A stretch of 64,000 bases of DNA, taken from the IMG/VR virus record IMGVR_UViG_3300012953_000016, positions 32,001 to 96,000 of that record. The stretch is one strand, 5' to 3'. Made by a program: the position numbers and the translations under genes. The notes beneath the pieces are model-generated. The model made no database searches, had not been told where the DNA came from, and saw nothing but the letters and a program-made list of their open reading frames with translations. Positions 9,931 to 19,219 of this stretch are shown here, piece by piece. How positions within the stretch are numbered: the stretch's first letter is position 1; each line of letters begins with the position of its first letter. Origin of the DNA: a virus.

Positions 9931-10893
9931 TTATGCGATCCCAACGGACCCCTCATTCTTAAGTACTCCCCAACCAAGCCCTGTTGAGAGTAGGTACAAG
10001 GCCTCTGCATCTGCATTGAATGTCGCAGTTTTCGAGACTCCAGCATGATCACTATATGACATAGCAATTATACCAACGCCGCTTTGGATAACGAGCTTCT
10101 TTGCGCCAGCCGGAGCATTAGCTAAAGTACATGTGCATGTTTCGCTACCTGTATTACCAATAACTGATGTTCCGAAAGCCTGAACTGCAGAACCATTGTC
10201 ACCAGTACCGTCTGTATATGTAACGGTCCAATCATCATCAAGGCCATCCTCACCAGTTCCAAGGTTTCTTAAATCACCTTCGCTGGTATGAAGAGTATCC
10301 CCTAATGACCCATCGATTGATCCAACAGGAAGTACTTCAATCGTCACAACGGACCCATCATCGGTTACAGCAAACTTGGTACCAACAGCATCAGCACCGA
10401 GGCCAGCAGTGTCAGCAGCTCCATCCGGTACTTCATCGGTATCAGCCGGACCAAGTACAGCCGTACAAATGGTTGTATCACCATCAGCTACAGTATCACT
10501 ATAATCTAGACCAGTAGCGTTATTGGCAGTCGTTAGACGTGCTGTGATTGCATTACAAACCTTAACGAGTGTATTAAGTTGTGCAGGACTCTCGCTAAGC
10601 CGAATACTGTTTGCAACAGCTAGGTCGGCGGGTGTAGGGTCTGTCGTATCAGCAGAACCACCATCAAACCAAACATAAAATCTTTCGTCTGGGGTTGCTA
10701 TTCTGAAATATTTTCCAGTAATGTCGATGGCGGAATCACCATCACCACCATCGGCGACATCCGGAGTTACAGTAATGGACGCGCCACCGGCGACGGACTC
10801 TGACTCCATTAAAATTGGGGCATCATTCACCTGAAAACCTGTACCAGCTTCCTGAAGGATACCCTTTGCATTACTAAATGTTACTTTAGGCAT
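9931..10893 (-). CDS. Putative head decoration / head-fibre protein, long paralog, 320 aa
   Basis: N-terminus MPKVTFSNAKGILQEAGTGFQVNDAPIL is nearly identical to the next gene; located just downstream of the major capsid gene; AGGAG SD. Function inferred from position. Confidence 0.55.
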   Translation of the reverse strand: MPKVTFSNAKGILQEAGTGFQVNDAPILMESESVAGGASITVTPDVADGGDGDSAIDITGKYFRIATPDERFYVWFDGGSADTTDPTPADLAVANSIRLSESPAQLNTLVKVCNAITARLTTANNATGLDYSDTVADGDTTICTAVLGPADTDEVPDGAADTAGLGADAVGTKFAVTDDGSVVTIEVLPVGSIDGSLGDTLHTSEGDLRNLGTGEDGLDDDWTVTYTDGTGDNGSAVQAFGTSVIGNTGSETCTCTLANAPAGAKKLVIQSGVGIIAMSYSDHAGVSKTATFNADAEALYLLSTGLGWGVLKNEGSVGIA

Positions 10894-10917
10894 TTTCTTT
10901 CTCCTTTAGTTAGTTGG

Positions 10918-11289
10918 TTATGGGGTGGTTTCTTCAGCAACGATGACCCATGCATCACCGGTCCATAGAAGGTGAAGATAATCGCCGGCTGCAGTGAGGT
11001 TATCACCAATTTGAGCCGGGTCGGAATTATTAACGGTCAATGCACCAACACCGCCGGCGTAAACAATTGTCTTTAATTGACCTGCAGCATCACCATCAGG
11101 AAGTACTGTTGTTTCTGCATCGCCGCCTGTTGTGATTGAAGATACCCCAAAATTTTGCAAGCTTTCGCCGTCTGCTTCATCAGCGGCGAGCGTTTCGATT
11201 TCTTCTAAGACAGGGGCATCATTTACCTGAAAACCTGTGCCTGATTCTACGACTAATCCCTTAGCCGAACTATAAGTTACTTTTGCCAT
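10918..11289 (-). CDS. Putative head decoration protein, short paralog, 123 aa
   Basis: MAKVTYSSAKGLVVESGTGFQVNDAPVL; AAGGAG SD; C-terminus GDYLHLLWTGDAWVIV aligns with AEALYLLSTGLGWGVL of the paralog. Confidence 0.55.
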   Translation of the reverse strand: MAKVTYSSAKGLVVESGTGFQVNDAPVLEEIETLAADEADGESLQNFGVSSITTGGDAETTVLPDGDAAGQLKTIVYAGGVGALTVNNSDPAQIGDNLTAAGDYLHLLWTGDAWVIVAEETTP

Positions 11290-11432
11290 GATCTTTCTCC
11301 TTTTTGCATTGCATGATTCCGAAGCGCTGGCAAGTCAGCTGATCAAAAATGCTCCGGGCCTACTATTATGTATTGCAAGCAAATATAAACTGATCCATGT
11401 ATATTGTATCACAGGTATGGCAATTTTGCACG

Positions 11433-11468
11433 AAATAAAAAAAAGGGGCAGTCCGAAGACTGCCCCTT
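11433..11468 (-). terminator. Rho-independent terminator after the major capsid gene
   Basis: Minus strand AAGGGGCAGTC-TTCG-GACTGCCCCTT followed by a T tract. Confidence 0.92.
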
Positions 11469-11493
11469 AGTAATAAAGACTAACCCGTTCAGA

Positions 11494-13479
11494 TTAGATG
11501 ACGTTCATATCCAGTACGGTAACAGTACCGTAGAAGTCGGAACGAACCATCTTCTTACCATATCGAGTCATGACACCCTTACGTGGGGTGAAGTCCTCTG
11601 GCTGGAAGATAGTTGGGGTAACAATGAGTGGTACGTACGGAGCGTAAACGTAACCGGTCTCAAGATAGCTGCCACCCTTGTATCCAACAAGGATCTTGTT
11701 GCGTGGGAAGTATGGGTCCTTATAAACCGTAAAACGATTTGAAAGGGTACCAACCTTATCCGCGCCGATTGTCATCGGGGAACCGACCTGTCCGTCACCA
11801 TCAAGGCTATAGGAGGGTCTGTACATTACGGAAGACTCGAGGATTGTTGCAACATCAGGTCCAACGACGATGAAGTTTGCAGAACCACGAAGAGTCTTGC
11901 GGTGAATTGCGTTAGCGGCGTCGATAACTGTCTCAGTAAGAGTCTCATACCACTCACGAACCGTACCGGTGAAGGCAGGGCCAGGAGTAAGCGAAGATGT
12001 ACTAGAAACTTCGGCGCCGGTTTCCTTGTTGACAAACTTACCAGGTGAACGCGACCAGAAGAGGTTTGCGCCATTACCCTGGACCAGAAGGTCATTAAGG
12101 ATTTCGCGATCGATTTCAAGAGCAATCTGCTCAGAAAGAATCTGTGTAAGCTCAACCTCAGCGTCAAGGCTGTGATAAGCGTTAAGATCTTGTGCAAGCT
12201 CTGGGGACCACTTGGCCTTGAGCTTACGTGACTGAGCTGTTACTGCAAGAGATTCAATCTTAATATCGATTTCTGGCATAACATTGTTGCCGTTCTCGCC
12301 ATCACCTTCCATGGAAGGAATAACAAGCGAACTAGCGTCATTAGCAGGTGAGTCGAACCCAGCACCAATAACATGCGATAGAGTAAGACCGATGTGAGCA
12401 TCAGCAAGATCACCTACTGCGGTGCTGATTGCAGTAGCACCAGCAGATGCCTTTCTAACAATCATCTTGCAAACTAGTTCACCAGCAGCTGCACTTGCAT
12501 CATCACCACGAGCAGCAAAAGCATTTGCGGTGAAGTTGTTACTAGCATCTAAAGTACCAAGCTCGTTTAAGCGACGTAAATTAGCTGCTGTCCCTGCTTG
12601 CATTCCGGCGGGAATGGTAGAGAGACCTGCATGTGCACCAGGTGTACCAGTTAATGCTAACGCAGTAACTTGAGTTGTATCAAGGTTTGCGATCGTGCTT
12701 CGCATTGGGACATAAACAACACCCCACGCTTCACCAAGATCACCATCGATACGATTAGAAACCTCTGGGTCGAAACCAAGAAGTCGGCCATCAGCACCAG
12801 TAGTTGCAAGATCATTACCTGCAGCTAGTGCGCCACCTGCATGAGCACCTTGAGCGGTTACTTGCAATGAGTGGGTGGCGCCTAGGGCACCAGCACCGGC
12901 TGTTGATGTGTCGCCATCGTTGCTGACAGATACCTCAAACTGGACGTCAATCGTTGCAGCACGATCTGTACAAGCGATTGAGTGGCGCTTTGAGTAGGCT
13001 GAACCGGCAAGATCATACTGACCACCGGAGCCAAGAGATCCACTCTGAATTCCTTTACCAGCTGGTCCATTATATAAGGACTCTTCGGCATTGGCTACCC
13101 CACCCTGATCTGTACCATAGGTGTAATCAAGGTAAAAGAGTAATCCGGAAGGAAGGCTCATTGGTTGAATGCTAACAAGATCATTAGCGATAAGGCCGCC
13201 GAATACTCGGCGAACAATTGGGAAAGCTACGTTGGAAAAACCACGTACCTTGCCGGCATCACCCATAGCACCTGCAGCAGAGCCAAGAGTACTTGCCTCA
13301 CGCAGGACTTGAGATGCCTGATTTTCTAACATACATGCCATGTTCTCGCGGTTTACACCATCGAGTCCACGGAGGAGCCCTGTGCGGCTCCACTTTTCGA
13401 CCAACCGTCGGTTCTGAGTGCCGAGATGACGTGCTCTGATGCCTTCGGTTAGTTGTTCTAAACTAAAAGACTTTGACAT
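11494..13479 (-). CDS. gp23: Major capsid protein (T4 gp23-like), 661 aa
   Basis: FPIVRRVFGGLIANDLVSIQPMSLPSGLLFYL, SRKLKAKWSPELAQDLNAYHSLDAEVEL, LEIDREIL, GYKG, YAPYVPL and GVMTRYG motifs; AAGGAG SD; strong terminator downstream. Confidence 0.97.
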   Translation of the reverse strand: MSKSFSLEQLTEGIRARHLGTQNRRLVEKWSRTGLLRGLDGVNRENMACMLENQASQVLREASTLGSAAGAMGDAGKVRGFSNVAFPIVRRVFGGLIANDLVSIQPMSLPSGLLFYLDYTYGTDQGGVANAEESLYNGPAGKGIQSGSLGSGGQYDLAGSAYSKRHSIACTDRAATIDVQFEVSVSNDGDTSTAGAGALGATHSLQVTAQGAHAGGALAAGNDLATTGADGRLLGFDPEVSNRIDGDLGEAWGVVYVPMRSTIANLDTTQVTALALTGTPGAHAGLSTIPAGMQAGTAANLRRLNELGTLDASNNFTANAFAARGDDASAAAGELVCKMIVRKASAGATAISTAVGDLADAHIGLTLSHVIGAGFDSPANDASSLVIPSMEGDGENGNNVMPEIDIKIESLAVTAQSRKLKAKWSPELAQDLNAYHSLDAEVELTQILSEQIALEIDREILNDLLVQGNGANLFWSRSPGKFVNKETGAEVSSTSSLTPGPAFTGTVREWYETLTETVIDAANAIHRKTLRGSANFIVVGPDVATILESSVMYRPSYSLDGDGQVGSPMTIGADKVGTLSNRFTVYKDPYFPRNKILVGYKGGSYLETGYVYAPYVPLIVTPTIFQPEDFTPRKGVMTRYGKKMVRSDFYGTVTVLDMNVI

Positions 13480-13534
13480 TTTGTAATCTCCTTATTGATT
13501 TAATATCGTTGTGTCAAAACTGGAATACGATAAC

Positions 13535-15310
13535 TTACTTGCTACCTAATCCAGCAAGTACTGCCCAACGATCTACCTCAACACCACTCTTGGCCGCAGC
13601 AGCGGACCGGGTTGATTTGGAAGATGAGCCACCGCGCAGTGCGCGACTCTCAGTTAAAGAACGACCGGATGTCGTACTCTTCTTGAGAGAAGCAGTGAGG
13701 CTCTGATATAGCAACTTGGCTTCCCTAAGTGTCTTAGCCTTATCAAGGGCTTCAACAATGGCACGCTGTTGCTTTGGCGTAACATTACGGTTTTGCATAA
13801 GCTTATTTGCATAAAGCAGCTTAGCATTAAACAAGTTCATCTCAGTAAGTTGAGTGCGGAGGGAACCGACCGCTTTCTTATATTCAACTAACTGTCGAGA
13901 AAGAGCACGACTCTTACGGCTCTCATTTACTCTACGATTTCTTGAAACTTTACGATTTCTTGCAGCTCGTCGACGTCGATAACTCTCTGGCATCGCGTCA
14001 CCCCCTGCAGGGCGTCCACCAGCATCAGGACTTGGTGCATCACCAAGTTCGTCAGCCAATGCATTTAGAAGTGTGTCTTCATCAACATCTACAAAAGAAT
14101 CACCTTCTTCATCGCCGTCGCCGAAGTTATCAAGGACGGCAGCATCTACGCCTTCGCCTTCTCTAATTCTTTGTCGGCGCATGCGCTGAAGCTCACGTCG
14201 AAGCATTGTTTCGCTAATCTCTACGATTTCATCATCGTCAGAAACTGCAACATCAACAGAAATGCCGTCGTTCTCAAGGGCAAACTCATCGCCACCCTCT
14301 TCTTCGCCGCCAGCTTCCATTCCTTCGCCGCCTTCTTCACCTTCTTCATCACCAGGTGCTTCAATTTCTAATTCAAACTCAAGGTCGCTTAGCAGGGCAT
14401 CAAGTTCCTCAGCTTCTTCTTCATCAGCTGGGGCCAAGACTACCTGAGCGTCAACCTCTTCGAGTTCTTCCTTTGTCTCTTCTTCTTTCTCTTCAGCCTC
14501 AAATAGGTTCAGAACGCTAAAGAGGTCCTTTTTATTATAAGCCATGTGCTTCATCTCCTTAAGTATAGATCGTGCTCGCCTACGAAGGCCGGTTTTATCG
14601 GACTCTCCTTCAGTAAGTATTGCATCATTGTACAAACTGAATGCTTCCCTGAGCAACTTCGTATAGTTTTTACGGATTATTGCCTGTTGGGAAGGTTGTA
14701 GATTGTTAATATTCAAACGTTCAAAAATTCGGCTTAGCTTTCGAACATTTTTTTCTAGATGCTGAATTCTCTTCAGCTTAGTCGATGCCTTTCGCTCATT
14801 TTGCAAAAGACTAGTTAAAGCTTCCGCCATTTGCTGGCTTAAGAGAATATCATCATCCTCGCCACCACCTTCGGCATCGCCTACGTGAAGATCAACGCTG
14901 CCGGTGTCAACGACAACCGAACCATCAGCCCCAATCTCTACATCCACATCTGCACCAGCTGGAACACTTACTGAAGGTTGTCCAGAGACACCTTCAGGTT
15001 CATCCACCATTGCTGGTACATCGAGTTCTGCTCCAGCGGAGGCCAATGCATCTAAATCAATAGTCATTGGCTCCTCTGCAGGTGGAGCTTCTCCCTCAAT
15101 ATCTGTACCCATTTCCTCAGGCATAGCGCCGAGGTCTTCAAGATCTTCATCAGACATGTCTAATGCTTCTTCATTTAAGAGCTCTCTTTCAATGAGCGCT
15201 CGAATCTTGGGTGTTACAGCGTTAATAATTTTATTCTTTGCATTTTGCTCAGCCATCTCTCTTAATTGCCTGGCTTCTGCAATAGCTTCTTGATAAAGGT
15301 TTGTTCCCAT
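13535..15310 (-). CDS. Prohead core / scaffold protein (gp22-position), 591 aa
   Basis: Very acidic, coiled-coil-like protein immediately upstream of the capsid gene; C-terminal TEMNLFNAKLLYANKL helix and RWAVLAGL end. Confidence 0.7.
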   Translation of the reverse strand: MGTNLYQEAIAEARQLREMAEQNAKNKIINAVTPKIRALIERELLNEEALDMSDEDLEDLGAMPEEMGTDIEGEAPPAEEPMTIDLDALASAGAELDVPAMVDEPEGVSGQPSVSVPAGADVDVEIGADGSVVVDTGSVDLHVGDAEGGGEDDDILLSQQMAEALTSLLQNERKASTKLKRIQHLEKNVRKLSRIFERLNINNLQPSQQAIIRKNYTKLLREAFSLYNDAILTEGESDKTGLRRRARSILKEMKHMAYNKKDLFSVLNLFEAEEKEEETKEELEEVDAQVVLAPADEEEAEELDALLSDLEFELEIEAPGDEEGEEGGEGMEAGGEEEGGDEFALENDGISVDVAVSDDDEIVEISETMLRRELQRMRRQRIREGEGVDAAVLDNFGDGDEEGDSFVDVDEDTLLNALADELGDAPSPDAGGRPAGGDAMPESYRRRRAARNRKVSRNRRVNESRKSRALSRQLVEYKKAVGSLRTQLTEMNLFNAKLLYANKLMQNRNVTPKQQRAIVEALDKAKTLREAKLLYQSLTASLKKSTTSGRSLTESRALRGGSSSKSTRSAAAAKSGVEVDRWAVLAGLGSK

Positions 15311-15338
15311 GCTTATCTCACCTTGAAATGCTAGTTCA

Positions 15339-15345
15339 TAAATAT
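15339..15345 (-). promoter_or_regulatory. Putative late-promoter motif ATATTTA upstream of the scaffold-capsid operon
   Basis: GATATATTTAT about 29 nt upstream of the start at 15310, preceded by a CGCTGG...CCAGCG hairpin. Confidence 0.45.
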
Positions 15346-15499
15346 ATCGCTGGGTGTAAAAGTTACATACCAGCGTGCATCATTTATTATATGTATTCTC
15401 ATCAACTCAACAGTTCCACAGACATTTTCAAGATTTTGTTGCATTTGTTCTTTCATTTGTTATCCTAACAATATCCACTGTAAGCATGAATTTGTAAAT

Positions 15500-16111
15500 T
15501 TAATCTTGCGATTTGCTTTTTTCTTTGTGTTGTTCACTATGAATTGCGTTAATTAATTGCCTTAGTTTTAACATTACATCGTTTTCTGTCGGAGGTATAT
15601 CATTAATTTCATAAGCTGGTGGTTCTTTTATTCCCATGTCCATCGGGGGTGGGCTTTTAGAGTATCCATGTTTGGTACCATAAGAAATATTTCCTGAGCC
15701 CCTAGAAGGATACTCAGGGCCTGCATGATGGTGTCCAGATACAGACCCACCCAATGCTACTTCTCTTCCTTTATATAAATCAGGAATCGGAACCATACTG
15801 TTTTTTGCAATACCTTCGCTTAACCGGGTATTTCCAGCTACAAAATAAAATGGATTATTTTTTTTATTTGACATAAAGTCCGTGATGTGATGTCCCATAT
15901 TTGTCTTTCTTACAAATACGTCTATAGTTTCATCATCGATTTGTTCTTCTATATCATCATGATCATCAGGCTCGATATACGGAAACGTATCATGCTGCAT
16001 TTTATGCACATGAAACTCAGGCTCGAGGCGACCATACCCCAAGCCTTTTCTATCATCATAATTACTTTTAACAGCAGATGTTGGTCGTTTGCTAAGATAG
16101 CTGCCAGACAT
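15500..16111 (-). CDS. Hypothetical protein in the head module, 203 aa
   Basis: ORF packed in the operon with an AAGG/GGTG SD-like sequence; no recognisable motif. Confidence 0.7.
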   Translation of the reverse strand: MSGSYLSKRPTSAVKSNYDDRKGLGYGRLEPEFHVHKMQHDTFPYIEPDDHDDIEEQIDDETIDVFVRKTNMGHHITDFMSNKKNNPFYFVAGNTRLSEGIAKNSMVPIPDLYKGREVALGGSVSGHHHAGPEYPSRGSGNISYGTKHGYSKSPPPMDMGIKEPPAYEINDIPPTENDVMLKLRQLINAIHSEQHKEKSKSQD

Positions 16112-16119
16112 TTAGCACC

Positions 16120-16659
16120 TTATCCTTTATTATACGAACCAATTGAGCCTTTGTGGCTCTTACCCATGATATATTTTTTAACTTTATGAGCTGATTGTCT
16201 TTTTGAAGACGCCATGGGATCTAGTGCAGAACCTTCCCCAATATATGGTGGGCGTGACGTCTTCATCTTTTCAAATCCATCAGGTGGATCTGGTAGATCG
16301 GCAGGATTTACACTTCCTACACCAGGACTAGCTGGGTTTGGAACATGTGGGCCAGCAGGTAGACCACCTGGTCCGGTCTCTACCTGGGAAAGAACAGGTG
16401 GTTTGTTTGGTGTTGTACCCTTATCATAATCGCGGCTGAATGATGAAAAGCAATATCCGTTCTCAACAACACCATCTAAAACATTTTCCTGAAAATGTTC
16501 TTGAATAAAATCCCGGGTCAACGATCCGTCATGAATCGGTGACCCGGGAAAAGATGCCTTCAAAGATTTTGTGTTCGAACGAGATAGTTCTTTCACACCA
16601 CCAAGCTTACCATTCCCACCTTCAGGAGTATCTACTGTATTTTGATTGTGGCTTGGCAT
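16120..16659 (-). CDS. Pro/Gly-rich hypothetical virion protein, paralog A, 179 aa
   Basis: Shares SPIH, LDG, RDY, VETG.GGLPA..VPNP.SPG.GS.NPAD..DPPDG and GKS with the next gene. Confidence 0.8.
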   Translation of the reverse strand: MPSHNQNTVDTPEGGNGKLGGVKELSRSNTKSLKASFPGSPIHDGSLTRDFIQEHFQENVLDGVVENGYCFSSFSRDYDKGTTPNKPPVLSQVETGPGGLPAGPHVPNPASPGVGSVNPADLPDPPDGFEKMKTSRPPYIGEGSALDPMASSKRQSAHKVKKYIMGKSHKGSIGSYNKG

Positions 16660-16673
16660 AGCTTATTACCTTA

Positions 16674-17150
16674 TTATGATGGAGTCGACTTACCTAAGCC
16701 ATAATCACCAAGTGTGTGAGTTGAAATCGCCTCAGAAGACTTTTTCGGGCTTAGCTGGGAACCTACTCCGGTACCCCATGTATCGCCGGCTTTTTCACCA
16801 TATCCATCTGGTGGATCTTGTTGATCAGCTGGATTTTGACTTCCTGGTCCTGGTGATGTTGGGTTAGGAACCCAAGCGCTAGCGGGAAGTCCGCCTCCGC
16901 CTGTTTCAACATCGCCATATTCAGGGGCGTCAGAATAATCTCTATTTAAGATACCAAAGGTGTGACCTGCATCATTAACAGCACCATCGAGACAAAGCTC
17001 TTGGAACTGCTCCTTAATGCTATCAACTGTCATATCAGACGAATGAATAGGAGAGGCAGCAAAAATAGTTGACATCTGTTTACTGTCATGGCGTCCTTTG
17101 TCCTTATTAGAAACAACAGACTTAACAGTTACTTGTTTATGAGTTGGCAT
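16674..17150 (-). CDS. Pro/Gly-rich hypothetical virion protein, paralog B, 158 aa
   Basis: AAGGAG SD; full-length similarity to 16120-16659. Confidence 0.8.
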   Translation of the reverse strand: MPTHKQVTVKSVVSNKDKGRHDSKQMSTIFAASPIHSSDMTVDSIKEQFQELCLDGAVNDAGHTFGILNRDYSDAPEYGDVETGGGGLPASAWVPNPTSPGPGSQNPADQQDPPDGYGEKAGDTWGTGVGSQLSPKKSSEAISTHTLGDYGLGKSTPS

Positions 17151-17168
17151 AATTAACTCCTTTTAGAA

Positions 17169-17462
17169 TTACTTGCGACGTGCTGTACGTACAATACGTC
17201 CGCGAAGCTTCTTTTTAGCTTCATTTACTTTACGCAACTTTTTCTTCAACTTGCCTTCCTCAATTTTGAGAGCGGCCATAATATCGATATCTTTAGCAAT
17301 GGTATCTGCTTCGTCACCGGCTTCTACTTCATCAGCAGTGACCTTAGCAGGATCATCAATTCCGGCCTCGATTGGGTCGGATTCTCTAAGCATTTTAGCT
17401 TTTTCTTCTAAAACAAGGCGCCGAAGCATCCTTGGTGTAAGTCTTTTAACTCGTCTTGACAT
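17169..17462 (-). CDS. Small putative prohead core / internal protein, 97 aa
   Basis: AGGAG SD; N-terminal LTPRMLRRLVLEE...LRE helix; basic coiled-coil C-terminus. Confidence 0.7.
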   Translation of the reverse strand: MSRRVKRLTPRMLRRLVLEEKAKMLRESDPIEAGIDDPAKVTADEVEAGDEADTIAKDIDIMAALKIEEGKLKKKLRKVNEAKKKLRGRIVRTARRK

Positions 17463-17537
17463 GATTCTTAACTCCTATTCATAATAATTTACGAATCTAT
17501 TATACATATTTCGCTTAAGCAGATTTTGACCTCTGTT

Positions 17538-17957
17538 TTACGGCATTGTTTTCTTTTCAGTGAAAGCTAAACTAGCCCAACGGTCAGTAGCTTCTCCGAA
17601 TAAATCTTCTAGCTCAGCACCTTGGCCATGGCCTTCATTCACTAAATTGCTTCCACCGGCCACCTGTTGGCCGGTTTCGCCACCTAATTGATCTTGTAGC
17701 GTCGTCATCGCTGTATCCCTAAAAATACTTGTCATTATGGGATCGCTTGTTAAACCAGAAACCGTTTCATTGACAGCTGATTCAAATTTATCCACAGAAG
17801 GGCTGGAGACATTCATCGATGTAGATTTTCTTTTTGGCTTCCTTGCAGCCCTAGGGCTGGCCTGTGTACCAGAAGACTCATGAAGCAAACCTTCAGCTAG
17901 TATTTCCATTAAACACTCTTTAACGACATTCTTTAATTGATTTCTAGATACCTTCAT
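17538..17957 (-). CDS. Small putative prohead core / internal protein, 139 aa
   Basis: N-terminal MKVSRNQLKNVVKECLMEILAE helix; C-terminal RWASLAF resembles the scaffold end RWAVLAG. Confidence 0.7.
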   Translation of the reverse strand: MKVSRNQLKNVVKECLMEILAEGLLHESSGTQASPRAARKPKRKSTSMNVSSPSVDKFESAVNETVSGLTSDPIMTSIFRDTAMTTLQDQLGGETGQQVAGGSNLVNEGHGQGAELEDLFGEATDRWASLAFTEKKTMP

Positions 17958-17966
17958 TATGTCCCT

Positions 17967-18611
17967 TTAAGATATTACTGTACCAGCATCTCCGCCTGAG
18001 ATACCTTCTATTCCTCGAAGATCTAATTTATAAGGATGTACAATCCCAGTAAGCTCTGCATATACTCTAGCGCTACCCGCTGACCCAGCAATATAAATTC
18101 TTCTACATCGTACATTCATATCAATTGTTTCGCCATCGGCGAGTGTATAATAATGAGAATTAGCTAGTACGGCAGAGTCTGGCCTGGCATCGGAGACATC
18201 ATTATATGCAGCTAGCTCAGTATCAGTTAATACATCACCTCTAGCCGTTGGGGCAGGATCAAGAACGACCTGTGGATCTGCACCATTTTCGTCTGCACCC
18301 TCAAGATCTTCAGCAGGTACCATTAGTGAGCAAAAATAAACGAAGAGGTTATTTGCTGTTAAATTTTTGATAGTCACACGCTTGGTCACATAAGGAAATG
18401 TTATAGTAACATCATCACCCTTACAAAAATCATTTGCGGCGAAGCCTTCGGTGCTAATACCATCACCATTAGCGTGACCGTTATTTGGGGCGACCTCAAT
18501 TACATACGGCCGGCCAGACATTTGATACTCGGCAACCGATCCAAGGCCTGGACCAGGATAGCTTTTTACGTGTGGTGCATTATTAGATCTGTCTTTATCA
18601 TAATACGACAT
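17967..18611 (-). CDS. Hypothetical virion protein, ~214 aa
   Basis: Start moved to the ATG at 18611 (GGGAG SD, avoids overlap with the protease stop); beta-rich ITFPYVTKRVTIKN...VYAELTGI. Confidence 0.7.
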   Translation of the reverse strand: MSYYDKDRSNNAPHVKSYPGPGLGSVAEYQMSGRPYVIEVAPNNGHANGDGISTEGFAANDFCKGDDVTITFPYVTKRVTIKNLTANNLFVYFCSLMVPAEDLEGADENGADPQVVLDPAPTARGDVLTDTELAAYNDVSDARPDSAVLANSHYYTLADGETIDMNVRCRRIYIAGSAGSARVYAELTGIVHPYKLDLRGIEGISGGDAGTVIS

Positions 18612-18613
18612 TC

Positions 18614-19219
18614 TTATTTCTCCCAATCCAGTATATCATTAAATAATCTATCAACTCTATCAGTTTTGTTAAAATGCTTTCGTAGATCTTTTTGTGATAC
18701 CGATTTTCCTTCGGCCATCATAAATGCGCCTGGTGTTGAAGGCTCAGAAACAAAATCCCAACATATAAGCTGGAAGTCGTCTTGTACGACATCATAATCA
18801 CCTTCATTTTTTGTTGAACCAACCCCACGGGAGGAAATTCCTAACGTCACACCAGATTCAACAAGGCTCTGGAGAATCTTTCCGCATGGTGTATCTAGCA
18901 ACTCCACGTTGCCATAACATACACCGTCGTCCATCCATGCCTCCCTAATAATGTGTGACACGTTCTTAAGTTCAACGACAGACGAGTCAGGGTGATCACA
19001 TTCACCTAGCGCTCGATTTTCTCGAATAAACTTTTGATAATTTCTTACTTCTCTCTCTAAGATAGGGAGAGGATATACACGGCCATTCTGATTGAGGGTA
19101 TCTGCTTTTTGCAAAATTCCCTTCATGACAATCTTACCACCATGTTTGTCTTTTGACTCCTGGATCATCTCTTTCGTATATTCAAAAGCAGTCCAGGCTG
19201 TTAACAGCTTACTCATCAT
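18614..19219 (-). CDS. gp21: Prohead core protease (T4 gp21-like), 201 aa
   Basis: GILQKADTLNQNGRVYP, GECDHP (catalytic His), GISSRGVGS (catalytic Ser), DFVSEPSTPGA. Confidence 0.95.
   Translation of the reverse strand: MMSKLLTAWTAFEYTKEMIQESKDKHGGKIVMKGILQKADTLNQNGRVYPLPILEREVRNYQKFIRENRALGECDHPDSSVVELKNVSHIIREAWMDDGVCYGNVELLDTPCGKILQSLVESGVTLGISSRGVGSTKNEGDYDVVQDDFQLICWDFVSEPSTPGAFMMAEGKSVSQKDLRKHFNKTDRVDRLFNDILDWEK

Noticed and set aside
15385-15460. 24-aa minus-strand ORF MKEQMQQNLENVCGTVELMRIHNK
   Set aside because: Very short with a weak SD and no supporting motif.
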